This document shows positions 51,163 to 61,556 of a stretch of DNA of 64,000 nt, in pieces. The stretch is taken from NCBI GenBank assembly GCA_048571215.1, contig CP182352.1:2816001-2880000 (forward strand), given 5' to 3'. The notes beneath the pieces are model-generated. The model did no database searches. It was not told where the DNA came from and was given only the letters and a program-made list of their open reading frames with translations. The first letter of the stretch is position 1; each line of letters starts with the position of its first letter. Source of the DNA: Halarcobacter sp. Lineage in GTDB: Bacteria; Campylobacterota; Campylobacteria; Campylobacterales; Arcobacteraceae. Both the position numbers and the translations under genes were made by a program.

Positions 51163-53067
51163 ATGCAATATAAAAATGAAAATACTATTTTAAAAATCAT
51201 AAAATACACCCCACCTATTTTTATTATAAGCATCTCCATTCTAATTACATTTTTTTTATATTACGATTATAAAACAACATATATCAAAGAGAGTGCTGTT
51301 ATTGAAAAAGAGTTTATAAAAGAAAATAAAAATTTAATTAAAAACAATGTAGATATAGTTTATAACAATATATTAAGAGTACAAAAGAGTACAGAGAAGA
51401 AACTAAAAGAATCACTAAAACAAAGGGTATATGAAGCATATGATATAGCTACAAATATATATAATGAAAACAAAGATAAAGATAAAAAAATTATTACAAA
51501 AATGATTAAAGATGCTCTTGCAAATATTAGATTTAATAAAGGCAGAGGATATTATTATATTTATTCATTTGATTATAAGTGTATTTTATTTCCACTCAAT
51601 AGAAGTGTTGAGGGTAAAAATTTTTATAATTTCAAAGATGGTAAAGGAGATTATCTAACAAGAGATATTATAAATCAATTGAAAAAACAAAAAGAGGGGT
51701 TTAAAACTTGGTATTTTTATAAACCTTCAGACAAAACTCACAACTATAAAAAAGTAGGTTTTAATAAATATTTTGAGCCTTTAGATTGGTTTATAGGAAC
51801 AGGTGAATATTTAGATGAATTTGAAGAAAGTGTTAAAAAACAGATTTTATCAAATATTAGTTCTTTAAGATATGTCAACAATAACTATATTTTTGTTTTA
51901 GATTATAAGGGCACTTATTTAAGTCATATTAAACCCTCTGTTGTTGGAAAAAGTGCTTTTAAAGCAAAAGATGTACAAAACACTCAACATATTATAAATA
52001 AAGCCATTGATATGGCAAAAAATAAAGGTCAAGGTTTTTTAAGTTATGTTCAGGACAAAAAACCTGATACCAATCTAGCCACACATAAAACTAGTTACGT
52101 AAGGGGTATAAATAAGTGGGAGTGGATTATAGGTCAAGGTTTTTATGATGATGATTATAAAATAAAACTGCAAGAAAAAAAACAAGAACTTGAAGAAAAG
52201 TTTAAATCATATATCTCGAATATACTAACAATTAGTGCTCTATTGATGGTAATTCTTCTAATGGTTTCAATATATATCTCAAAAGTTTTACAAAAAAAGT
52301 TTGATAAATATAAAAATGAGATAAACGAACATCTAAAAAATAATATTAAACAACAAGAGGTCTTAGCACACCAAAGTAAAATGGCTGCTATGGGTGAAAT
52401 GATAGGAAATATTGCCCACCAATGGAGACAACCTTTATCTGTTATAACAACAGCAGCAAGTGGTGTAAAATTAAACAAAGAACTAGATTTATTAAATGAT
52501 GATGATTTAATGAATTCAATGGATACTATAAATACCCAAGCAATCTATCTATCTAAAACTATTGAGGATTTTAGAAACTTCTTAAAAGTAAGCCATGATA
52601 AAAGTGACTTTAGTATAACTGAGGCTGTAGATGATGCAATAAACCTTACAAGTGTACAATTCAAATCAAAAGATATAATTGTAGTAAAAGAGATTGAAGA
52701 GTTTAAAATTTATGGAATAAAAAATCAATTTATTCAAGTAATAATAAATATTCTAAATAATGCAAAAGATGAATTAATAAAACTTGAAAATAAAAAAAGA
52801 ATAATATTAATTAGAAGTAAAATGTTAGATAATAAGGTTATTTTTACTATTCAAGATAGTGCAGGAGGTATTCCTGAAAATATTATTGATAGAGTATTTG
52901 AACCATACTTTAGTACAAAACACCAATTTCAAGGTACAGGTATTGGACTTTATATGTCTCAAGAGATTATTGTAAAAGTACTTAATGGTGAAATCAAAGC
53001 TGAAAACGATACCTTTATTTATGAAAAAGAGGAATACTACGGGGCTAAGTTTATAGTAAATCTTTAA
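51163..53067 (+). CDS. Double-Cache sensor histidine kinase
   Basis: Two Cache repeats (WFIGTGEY, WIIGQGFY), IAHQWRQPL H-box, GTGIGLY. Confidence 0.92.
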   Translation: MQYKNENTILKIIKYTPPIFIISISILITFFLYYDYKTTYIKESAVIEKEFIKENKNLIKNNVDIVYNNILRVQKSTEKKLKESLKQRVYEAYDIATNIYNENKDKDKKIITKMIKDALANIRFNKGRGYYYIYSFDYKCILFPLNRSVEGKNFYNFKDGKGDYLTRDIINQLKKQKEGFKTWYFYKPSDKTHNYKKVGFNKYFEPLDWFIGTGEYLDEFEESVKKQILSNISSLRYVNNNYIFVLDYKGTYLSHIKPSVVGKSAFKAKDVQNTQHIINKAIDMAKNKGQGFLSYVQDKKPDTNLATHKTSYVRGINKWEWIIGQGFYDDDYKIKLQEKKQELEEKFKSYISNILTISALLMVILLMVSIYISKVLQKKFDKYKNEINEHLKNNIKQQEVLAHQSKMAAMGEMIGNIAHQWRQPLSVITTAASGVKLNKELDLLNDDDLMNSMDTINTQAIYLSKTIEDFRNFLKVSHDKSDFSITEAVDDAINLTSVQFKSKDIIVVKEIEEFKIYGIKNQFIQVIINILNNAKDELIKLENKKRIILIRSKMLDNKVIFTIQDSAGGIPENIIDRVFEPYFSTKHQFQGTGIGLYMSQEIIVKVLNGEIKAENDTFIYEKEEYYGAKFIVNL

Positions 53068-53099
53068 AATTAAAGAGTTATATAAACTTATAAGAAATT

Positions 53100-53942
53100 T
53101 TAGTTTAAAAAACTATCTTCTACTCTTTGCATCTCTTTTTTAGAGCCAAAATAAAAAGGTGTTTTTTGATCTATTGATACATTTGTCATATCAAGGATTC
53201 GCCCCTTAGGACTTATAGCTCTTCCCCCTGCTTCTTCTATAATATATGAAATAGGAAAGGCTTCAAAAATAACCTCATGTTTTCCATCAGGAAAAGATTT
53301 TGTAGCTGGACTTGAATACAGCCCACCTTTTTTAAATAAAATTTGATGTGTGTCTAAAGCTAAAGAATCAGAAAATCTAAGTCTATAACCCTCATTAAAA
53401 AATGTATCAATTAACTCTTTATGCTCTTTAGTCCATTCACTTGCTAATCCACCAGTTGAATTGATTTTTCCACTGTTATCTAATTTTAATGGGTCTTGTT
53501 CTATAAATTCTCCATCTTCATATGAAAAATAAATAACCCCTTCTGATTTTGAAGCAAATACTAACTGAAAAGTTGGACCATAAGTTATATACATGGCTGC
53601 TTTTAAGTGAAAAGCATCCATTTGTTTTTCATAGATACCAAAAATAGTACCTAAAGAGAAATCAACATCAATTAAATCTAAATTATCAATGGCAACATAA
53701 CTAATTTTATATCTACCATTTTCATTTATTGTTGAATATTTCTTTGAATATTTACCAATAAATCCATGTACTGATTTAACTTTGTTAAACTCTCTTCTAA
53801 TAACCTTCGAACAATATTCATTTACACTTTTATGCATCTGCTCGTCAGTTAAACCACTTGAGATAAACTTATCACAATCTACGAATACATTTTTTTCAAT
53901 ATCTTCGGCAATATTTGTAATTGCGTTGAAAACTGCTATCAT
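53100..53942 (-). CDS. Class 1 fructose-1,6-bisphosphatase-like protein, degenerate active site
   Basis: SLGTIFGIY, YITYGP, DTHQILFKKGG, EAFPISYIIEEAGG, TPFYFGS; DPLDGS motif missing. Confidence 0.75.
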   Translation of the reverse strand: MIAVFNAITNIAEDIEKNVFVDCDKFISSGLTDEQMHKSVNEYCSKVIRREFNKVKSVHGFIGKYSKKYSTINENGRYKISYVAIDNLDLIDVDFSLGTIFGIYEKQMDAFHLKAAMYITYGPTFQLVFASKSEGVIYFSYEDGEFIEQDPLKLDNSGKINSTGGLASEWTKEHKELIDTFFNEGYRLRFSDSLALDTHQILFKKGGLYSSPATKSFPDGKHEVIFEAFPISYIIEEAGGRAISPKGRILDMTNVSIDQKTPFYFGSKKEMQRVEDSFLN

Positions 53943-53953
53943 TTATATAAACC

Positions 53954-55540
53954 CTAACTTGTTATAAATATTTTAAAATCGATAAAATTAAATATTGAGT
54001 TTTTATATTCACAATATTGTAATTTGTCAAAATCGATATTATTGTCTTCAATCATACCAAGTAATTCATTAAAGTTCGATATATGCTCTTTTGTTCTATT
54101 TACGCTATATTCAGTTGCAGTGGCTGTTGTCATTAAAAATGCCCAGTCACTACTTTGTGCTAATAGAAGCTCCCTTAACATTTGATTCAGAACTCTAGTG
54201 GTATTAAAATCTGTTGTATGAAAATACTCTAAAGCTTTCTCTTCCATATTTATAGCCATTTCATGAAGATGTCTATATATCCAAGAGTTTGTATTATTTA
54301 ACCAAACATCATAATACCCTTTATCTCCCCAAGATGATGGGTTTGGTTTTACCATTTGATTTTGTGGATTCATATTTAGATACTCTATTGGGGTTATCGC
54401 TTTTATATTTTCATTTTCATTTAACTGTTTAAAAATATTATATAAAAACTCTGGACCTTCAAACCACCAATGACCAAACAATTCTGCATCATAAGGTGAA
54501 ACTATCATAGGAGACTTGCTCATTAGGTTTTTTAATCCAAAAATTTGCTCTTCTCTTTTTGCTATAAAATCTTTCGCATGACCTATAGTTTTCTCTTTTG
54601 CAATTTTTGGATTATAAGCTTCCTTATAATCACTTGCACCTGTAATTTTATGATATTTAAATCCTGTAAATACTCTAATCCCATCTGGATTAATATAAGG
54701 TCTGATATATTCGAAATCTAAGTCATAACCAATATCTCTATAAAAATCTCTATAAGCAAAATCTCCAGGATAGCCCTCTTTTGAACTCCAAACTTGCTTA
54801 GAAGAGTGTGCATCTCTTGCAAATGCTGCAACACTATTTGGTGTATAACAAGGAGCATAAACTCCATTTACAGCTGTTGGTCTTCCATATGTTAAAGCAT
54901 GAGAATCCACAATAAAAAACTTTACTCCTTTTTCATTTAAGATTTTATCAAGCCCATCATAATATGCACATTCAGGAAGCCAAATCCCTTTAGGAGCTTT
55001 ATTAAAATGTTTTTTATGAGATTGTACAGCTATTTCTATTTGTGTTCTAACAGCTTGCTCATTTACACTTAGAAGTGGTAAAAATCCATGGGTGGCACCA
55101 CAAGTAATCACCTCTAAAGAACCTTTATCATAAAAATATCTATATCCATTTAAAACATTCTCTTCTAAAAATCCTTTAAAAAACTCTTCACTTTGTTCAA
55201 ATATATCCCTATAAAAAATTGCAAGTTCATGGAACTCTTCATCCCCAACAGTTCTTTTAACCTCTTTATTTCCTAACTCAATAAGTTTTTCTAAATATTT
55301 TTTATATTTTTCCATTAGGTGGGCATCATCTAACATCTCTGCTAATGGGGGAGTAATAGATACTGTAAGTTTAAAATCAATCCCCTCTTCTTCTAGAAGT
55401 CTAAGTCTTCTAAGAAGTGGAATATAACACTCTGTGATAGCTTCAAAAAGCCAATGTTCTTCTAAAAAGTTGTCATATTCTGGATGTTTCACAAAGGGTA
55501 GATGTGAGTGTAATACGGGTACCCAATAGCCATTAATCAT
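53954..55540 (-). CDS. GH57 1,4-alpha-glucan branching enzyme (DUF1957)
   Basis: HSHLPFV, EAITECYIP, WLPEC, YDAELFGHWWFEG, QSSDWAF; RBS favours MINGYW start. Confidence 0.9.
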   Translation of the reverse strand: MINGYWVPVLHSHLPFVKHPEYDNFLEEHWLFEAITECYIPLLRRLRLLEEEGIDFKLTVSITPPLAEMLDDAHLMEKYKKYLEKLIELGNKEVKRTVGDEEFHELAIFYRDIFEQSEEFFKGFLEENVLNGYRYFYDKGSLEVITCGATHGFLPLLSVNEQAVRTQIEIAVQSHKKHFNKAPKGIWLPECAYYDGLDKILNEKGVKFFIVDSHALTYGRPTAVNGVYAPCYTPNSVAAFARDAHSSKQVWSSKEGYPGDFAYRDFYRDIGYDLDFEYIRPYINPDGIRVFTGFKYHKITGASDYKEAYNPKIAKEKTIGHAKDFIAKREEQIFGLKNLMSKSPMIVSPYDAELFGHWWFEGPEFLYNIFKQLNENENIKAITPIEYLNMNPQNQMVKPNPSSWGDKGYYDVWLNNTNSWIYRHLHEMAINMEEKALEYFHTTDFNTTRVLNQMLRELLLAQSSDWAFLMTTATATEYSVNRTKEHISNFNELLGMIEDNNIDFDKLQYCEYKNSIFNFIDFKIFITS

Positions 55541-56177
55541 TTTCATTTCCTTTGTGTAAGTTATATGAGCTTTGATTTTGTTTATCATATCCATCAAACT
55601 CTCTTAATTGTTCAATCTCTTCAACATATTTTGCAGATGACATACCTAAAGTAAAGTGTTGCATAGAAGATCGTATAATCTCTGTCCAACCTTTTGTTCT
55701 TTTTATCCAAATCTCATCTTCTTCATCAGGTATTTTTATAGTTGTTGAAAAAGTATGAATTGTATTTGAGGTAAGCAATTCAACAAGCTTATCATCTTTT
55801 AGAATATAAAGTTTAACATAGATATCTAAATCCTCAAATTGCTCTTTTATAAAGTGTTCACCTAATGCAAAAGATGATTCAAAAGTATTTAACAATTCAC
55901 CATTTATATCATATAACTTAAAATATAGTTTATCTTTATTTAAATCTATATTATTAACCTCTATTGTATTATCATCAACTTCCCAATATATATAGTAACT
56001 TGTAGTGTTTACAAGTAGAATTACAAGACGATTTTTATTGTACCGTACTGGGATATCATAGGAGTTTTGCATAGGTATAATATCACTTGCAATTGAGTTT
56101 ATTATATGAGATGAAGATGAGAAATCATCTTCAATTTCCAGACTTTCGTTTATTAATTTTTTTGCATTTTCATTCAT
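55533..56177 (-). CDS. DUF4912-like protein
   Basis: IPVRYNKNRLVIL...YIYWEV; such proteins typically precede GH57 branching enzymes. Confidence 0.75.
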   Translation of the reverse strand: MNENAKKLINESLEIEDDFSSSSHIINSIASDIIPMQNSYDIPVRYNKNRLVILLVNTTSYYIYWEVDDNTIEVNNIDLNKDKLYFKLYDINGELLNTFESSFALGEHFIKEQFEDLDIYVKLYILKDDKLVELLTSNTIHTFSTTIKIPDEEDEIWIKRTKGWTEIIRSSMQHFTLGMSSAKYVEEIEQLREFDGYDKQNQSSYNLHKGNEND

Positions 56178-56254
56178 TTTTATATCCTAATTATGAAATA
56201 TTTATATTCTATCATATTATACTAATATTAGATTGTATAAAATCTATATAAATA

Positions 56255-57469
56255 TTATTTGCCAATTTTATCTAAATTTTCTACCCCAGGTAGAAATTTA
56301 CCCTCAAGTAACTCTAAACTAGCTCCACCACCAGTTGAAATAAAAGAAAAATTCTCTTTTTCTCCTGCTTTATCTGCAGCATTAGCCGTATCTCCACCAC
56401 CAACAATACTATAAGCATAAGTATCTGCTATAGCATGAGCTATTCTATATGTTCCTTTTGAGAACATATCTATCTCAAATATCCCCATAGGTCCATTCCA
56501 GATAATTGTATTTGACAATCCTATAGCTTCTTCAAAAAGTTTTACACTTGCTGGACCTATATCAACTGCTTTAAACCCTTCTAGGATATCTTGTACAGGG
56601 ACAATTTTAACATCAATAGGATGTTCTATATTATCAGTTATAACTAAATCCACAGGCAAATAAACCTTTACCCCTTTTTGTTTTGCTTCATCTAAAATAG
56701 CTAAGGCTTCAAGTAAAAACTCATCTTCGTATAAAGACTCTTTCATATCATGCCCTAAGGCCTTCAAAAAAGTATTACTCATAGCCCCACCAATTATAAT
56801 CTTATCAACCTTTGGTAAAATATTTTTAAGTAAGGTGATTTTTGATGAAACCTTTGCTCCACCAATTACTAAATTTATAGGTTTTAATGGCTTAAATAAA
56901 GCCTTTGCAAAAGCATCAATCTCCTTTTTTAATAAAAATCCAGCTACATTTACCTTACAAAAATTAGCTAAGCCATAAGTTGAACTATGTTTTCTATGGC
57001 TTGCACCAAAAGCATCATTTACATAAATATCACAAAGTTTTGATAAGTTTTCAGCTAAAAGCTGATCATTTTTTGTTTCCCCTTCATAAAATCTAATATT
57101 TTCTAAAAGGATAATTTTATTTGATTTTTCAGAGTTTATATAATCTATTTGCTCTTCAAAGTTTTCAATAAGTTCAATCTCCTCATCTAAAACCCTTTTT
57201 AATCTTTTTATAATAAATCTTAGAGAAAATCTATCTTTATCCTCCCCTTTGGGTCTACCAAGATGGCTTACAAGAACGATTTTTTTTGCTTTATTATCAA
57301 TACAATAGTTTATAGTTGGCAATGCTGCTTTTATTCTACTATCATCTGTTATATTGTGATGTGAATCCATAGGTACATTAAAATCTACTCGTATCAAGAC
57401 TCTTTTTTCATATACATCAATATCTTTTAAGCTCTTAACCTCTTGCATTTTCTCTAAATTTGTATGCAT
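56255..57469 (-). CDS. pgk: Phosphoglycerate kinase
   Basis: RVDFNVP, SHLGRP, LENIRF, GGAKVSSK, STGGGASLELLEG. Confidence 0.96.
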   Translation of the reverse strand: MHTNLEKMQEVKSLKDIDVYEKRVLIRVDFNVPMDSHHNITDDSRIKAALPTINYCIDNKAKKIVLVSHLGRPKGEDKDRFSLRFIIKRLKRVLDEEIELIENFEEQIDYINSEKSNKIILLENIRFYEGETKNDQLLAENLSKLCDIYVNDAFGASHRKHSSTYGLANFCKVNVAGFLLKKEIDAFAKALFKPLKPINLVIGGAKVSSKITLLKNILPKVDKIIIGGAMSNTFLKALGHDMKESLYEDEFLLEALAILDEAKQKGVKVYLPVDLVITDNIEHPIDVKIVPVQDILEGFKAVDIGPASVKLFEEAIGLSNTIIWNGPMGIFEIDMFSKGTYRIAHAIADTYAYSIVGGGDTANAADKAGEKENFSFISTGGGASLELLEGKFLPGVENLDKIGK

Positions 57470-57478
57470 GAAAAACCT

Positions 57479-59122
57479 TTATTTATTGTACATTCGCGAA
57501 TAATACTCATGAACCATTCTACCTGAATCAAAGGCAGGAATAACATCAGTTATAGAGTTTTTCATAATCTCTAACCAAGCTTTATTATCATTGTAATACA
57601 AAGGGATAATTTTATTTTCTAATAAATCCATCATATTTGTACTATCAAGTCTATCTTGCTCTTCTAAAGGTAAGTCTTGGGCTAAGGTTGGAATTGTAAA
57701 ACTATTAACTCCCTCTTTACAAAACTCTGGATGCCAACCATCAGCTATTGATAGATTTACTGCTCCATTCATTGCAGCACTCATACCACTTGTACCACTA
57801 GCTTCTCTAGTAACTCTTGGAGTATTTAGCCAAATATCAGATCCCTTTTTAAGTTTCATTGATAAATCAAGTTCATACCCTATAAGTACTGCTATATTTT
57901 TATAATTTCTAGCCATATAAATCAAATCATTGAAAATATTTATAGCTTGGGTATCAAAAGGATAAGGTTTTCCTGCCCATATTATTTGAACAGGATATTT
58001 TGTATTTGTAATCAAGTCTATAAATCTTTGTAAATCATATTTTAATAAGCCAGGTCTTTTATATTCTGCAAATCTTCTTGCCCAAACAATTGTTAATATA
58101 TTTGGATCCATCATTTTACCTGTTTGATTAGCTACAGTTACAAATAACTCCCTTTTTAGGTGTTTTTTTCTTGCATCAAGTTGAAAATCTTCATGTTCAT
58201 CTAAAGCACGAATAAGACCATTGTCTGTCCAATATCTTCTATTTTGGGCATTTGTTATAGATATTATTTCACATTTATCTTCTACCTTTGCCCACATTTT
58301 ATTTGCAACTTCTCCATGTATTTTAGATACACCATTTGCAATTTTTGATAGTTTTAAAGCCCCCACTGTTAAACTAAAACTTTCACTTTGACTCCCCATT
58401 ATGCTTTTTACCTCATCAAGGCTCAAACCTGCAAAAAATCCCATTTTGTGTAACATATTGATATTGTGTTCTTCATTTCCTGCAGCTTCAGGAGTATGGG
58501 TTGTAAAAACAACTCTTTTTTTAATCTCATCTTTATTTTGATATTTTTTATATAATTCAAAAGCCATAGGTAAAGAATGACCTTCATTCATATGAAAGAT
58601 TTCAGTTTGATGATTTAAGGCTTCAAGTATTTTTGTTCCACCAATACCTAAAACAATCTCCTGAGCAATTCTTGTTTCACTATTTGAATCATAAAGTTTA
58701 TGGGTAATTGTTCTTGATAGATAATCATTTTCATCCACATCTGTTGACAATAAAATTAATGGTGCAGTTGAAAAAAGATTACAAGGAACCAAGTATGCTT
58801 TCACTACTACTGGTTTACCATTTATATCAACAGTTACACTAATATTCAAATCTTCTAAAAAATAGTATCTTTTTCTTCTAAATGCAACCTTTAAATATCT
58901 ATTCTCTTCTCTTTCTTGGTCATAATAACCATAACTCCATAAAATTCCAATACCAACAAGGTTTTGTTTCAAATCAAAGGCACTTCTCATATGAGAGCCA
59001 GCTAAAAATCCCAATCCCCCTGAATATATTTTAAGCGCTTGGTGAATTGCAAACTCCATAGAAAAGTAAGCAACAGATTTTGTATATTTTTCATCAATTT
59101 CATAAGTATGTAAGCTACCCAT
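57479..59122 (-). CDS. glgP: Alpha-glucan phosphorylase (short form)
   Basis: AYFSMEF, YSGGLGFLAG, HMNEGH, ARRFAEYKR, EASGTSGM. Confidence 0.92.
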   Translation of the reverse strand: MGSLHTYEIDEKYTKSVAYFSMEFAIHQALKIYSGGLGFLAGSHMRSAFDLKQNLVGIGILWSYGYYDQEREENRYLKVAFRRKRYYFLEDLNISVTVDINGKPVVVKAYLVPCNLFSTAPLILLSTDVDENDYLSRTITHKLYDSNSETRIAQEIVLGIGGTKILEALNHQTEIFHMNEGHSLPMAFELYKKYQNKDEIKKRVVFTTHTPEAAGNEEHNINMLHKMGFFAGLSLDEVKSIMGSQSESFSLTVGALKLSKIANGVSKIHGEVANKMWAKVEDKCEIISITNAQNRRYWTDNGLIRALDEHEDFQLDARKKHLKRELFVTVANQTGKMMDPNILTIVWARRFAEYKRPGLLKYDLQRFIDLITNTKYPVQIIWAGKPYPFDTQAINIFNDLIYMARNYKNIAVLIGYELDLSMKLKKGSDIWLNTPRVTREASGTSGMSAAMNGAVNLSIADGWHPEFCKEGVNSFTIPTLAQDLPLEEQDRLDSTNMMDLLENKIIPLYYNDNKAWLEIMKNSITDVIPAFDSGRMVHEYYSRMYNK

Positions 59123-60549
59123 TAATTTTCCCTTTTATAAAGTTTTTTATATTCATTTGCCGAATTTTTCCAAGAGTTATCAACTCCCATATTATGTTTA
59201 GAGATTTTTTCAAATTTAGATTTATTTCCATATAAAGAAAAAGCCTTTGTTAGGGCATGATTAAACCAAAAAATATTGTGTTCATCAAAAGTTATACCAA
59301 TACCTAGATTAGTGTTCATATCTTTTGTATCTGTAAAATCTATAACCGTATCTTTCAAACCACCAGTTTTTGCAACAATTGGCAAAGAACCATATCTCAT
59401 ACAAATCATTTGATTTAAACCACAAGGTTCAAAAATAGAAGGCATTAAAAGGAAATCAGAACTTGCATAAAGTCTTCTTGATAAAGCTTCATCATAACCA
59501 ACTTTTATATGTATATTTTCATATTTGCCAATCAATTTACTAAAAGCTTTATTATAAAACTCTTCCCCATTTCCTAAAAAAACAAAGTTTGCTTCGTAGG
59601 TTCTAAAAAGCTCTATTGCTTCAAATAATAAATCAATCCCTTTTTGTGATGTAAATCTTCCAATAAATACAAAAAGTGCACGATCTTCATCATTTAGATT
59701 TAATTCTTTAAGTAAAAGTTTTTTATTCTCTTTTTTTAATTTATAACTATCTTTGTCAAAGTTTTTAGCAATATTTTTATCGGTTTTAGGATTAAAAACC
59801 TCATTACTTATACCATTTACTATCCCTTGGAGTTTAAAACTATTTGTTCTTAAAGTTTCATCTAAACCACTCCCAAAAATAGGTGTTTGAATCTCATTAG
59901 CATAAGATTTGCTAACAGTAGTTACCTTATCACTGTAAAATATTCCTGCTTTTAGTAGATTTACCTTATCAAAGTACTCTAAAGCTTGTGGTTTAAAACA
60001 CTCAACCCAATCTATCTCAAGCTCACCCATTAGCTTTTTATCAAAAATACCTTGGTATGCTAAATTATGTATTGTTAATATAATCTTTTGCTTTAGTTTG
60101 TATCTAGTTTTAGCCAATAAAGCTATCAATGAGCTTTGCCAGTCATTTATATGTATAGCTTCAATATCTAGCTTTTGTCTAATCATAACCTCTAATGCAG
60201 CGTATGAAAAGAGTCCAAACCTTAAGCCATTGTCTCCAAAGTCTCCAAAATCATCATTATATAAACCTAATCTATCACATAAAATTGGATTATATACAAA
60301 TAAATCATCTGGATTATCTTTTTTATGAAAAATATCAAACTGATGCCTAACTCCACACAACCAATACTCAAAAGTTAAACCACTATATACTATATTGAAT
60401 TTATCCCTGTCTATTTGGTTATAAAGGGGCATTATTGTATATACTTTTGTATCTTCTCTTAATGCTTCAGGAAGAGCATATGCAACATCCGCTAAGCCTC
60501 CACTTTTGGCATAAGGAAAAATCTCACTTGATGCAAATAAAATTGCCAT
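59122..60549 (-). CDS. glgA: Glycogen synthase
   Basis: KSGGLADV, HINDWQ, TIHNLAYQG, EPCGLNQM, TGGLKDTV. Confidence 0.95.
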   Translation of the reverse strand: MAILFASSEIFPYAKSGGLADVAYALPEALREDTKVYTIMPLYNQIDRDKFNIVYSGLTFEYWLCGVRHQFDIFHKKDNPDDLFVYNPILCDRLGLYNDDFGDFGDNGLRFGLFSYAALEVMIRQKLDIEAIHINDWQSSLIALLAKTRYKLKQKIILTIHNLAYQGIFDKKLMGELEIDWVECFKPQALEYFDKVNLLKAGIFYSDKVTTVSKSYANEIQTPIFGSGLDETLRTNSFKLQGIVNGISNEVFNPKTDKNIAKNFDKDSYKLKKENKKLLLKELNLNDEDRALFVFIGRFTSQKGIDLLFEAIELFRTYEANFVFLGNGEEFYNKAFSKLIGKYENIHIKVGYDEALSRRLYASSDFLLMPSIFEPCGLNQMICMRYGSLPIVAKTGGLKDTVIDFTDTKDMNTNLGIGITFDEHNIFWFNHALTKAFSLYGNKSKFEKISKHNMGVDNSWKNSANEYKKLYKREN

Positions 60550-61544
60550 TAACTCTCCTTGTATATTGTTGCAGCTGTTTCTGGCATAACTACATTTATA
60601 GCCATATCACTGCCCAATTCAAAACCAGCTTGTTTATAGATTCTTGGTTTTAACTCAATATTAAATCTAAAGTAATCTTTTGTATGTTCATCATACCCTT
60701 TATAAGGTGCATTATTAATAATCATATTAAAAGGGATTTCACCTAAGGCGCTATAAAATTTTGAAAAAAACTCTTTTATAATATCACTTAAAGAGGAGAT
60801 ATCACTTTTATTGAATTCATATAAAGATGACAATCTTTTTTTAGCAACAATCTTAACTTCAAAAGCAAAAGAAGAGGCATAAGGGCAATACAAAATAAAC
60901 TCTTGATTTTGCGTAATAATATTCTTTTTATAAGCTAACTCTTCATATACCAAATCATCAAATAATGCTCTTTTGTGTTTATTAAAATACTCTTTTTTAT
61001 ACTCTATTTCCTCTTTTGTTTTTTTAGGTAAAAAAGGCATAGCAATTATTTGACTATGGGAGTGGGTCATTGAAGCACCTGCATGTTCACCATGATTTTT
61101 AAATACAGAGATATACTCTAATCTATTATCATTTTTAAGTGCACAAACTCTATTTTGTATAATTGTAAAATAGTTAACTAGATCATTAAAACTATAATCC
61201 CAAATTTGTTTATCATGAATTGGAGTTTCTATTACAATCTCATGGGCTCCAAAACCATTTTGTTTTTCAAAAAAACTATCCCTTTTTGAAGTTAAAGGAA
61301 CATCTATTGATAAAGCATTATAAAGATTTGGAACCACCCTACATTGCCAAACATTATTTTGCGTAATTCTTGTTATTTCATTTGGTGTAAATTGCTCTTT
61401 TCCTAAATCAAAAGGACACTCATTATCTATAATCTCTTTAGGTTTTGGTTCTTTTTTATTGTGGAGATTATTAGGTCGTTTTAACCTCTCAGGAGCAAAA
61501 AGTGTCCACTCTCTTTTTAGTTTACAATATCTAAATTCTGACAA
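60549..61544 (-). CDS. GalT-like hexose-1-phosphate nucleotidyltransferase
   Basis: APERLKRP, CPF, RVVPNLY, GAHEIVIETP, GASMTHSHSQ. Confidence 0.85.
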   Translation of the reverse strand: MSEFRYCKLKREWTLFAPERLKRPNNLHNKKEPKPKEIIDNECPFDLGKEQFTPNEITRITQNNVWQCRVVPNLYNALSIDVPLTSKRDSFFEKQNGFGAHEIVIETPIHDKQIWDYSFNDLVNYFTIIQNRVCALKNDNRLEYISVFKNHGEHAGASMTHSHSQIIAMPFLPKKTKEEIEYKKEYFNKHKRALFDDLVYEELAYKKNIITQNQEFILYCPYASSFAFEVKIVAKKRLSSLYEFNKSDISSLSDIIKEFFSKFYSALGEIPFNMIINNAPYKGYDEHTKDYFRFNIELKPRIYKQAGFELGSDMAINVVMPETAATIYKES

Positions 61545-61556
61545 AATTTCTCCTAA

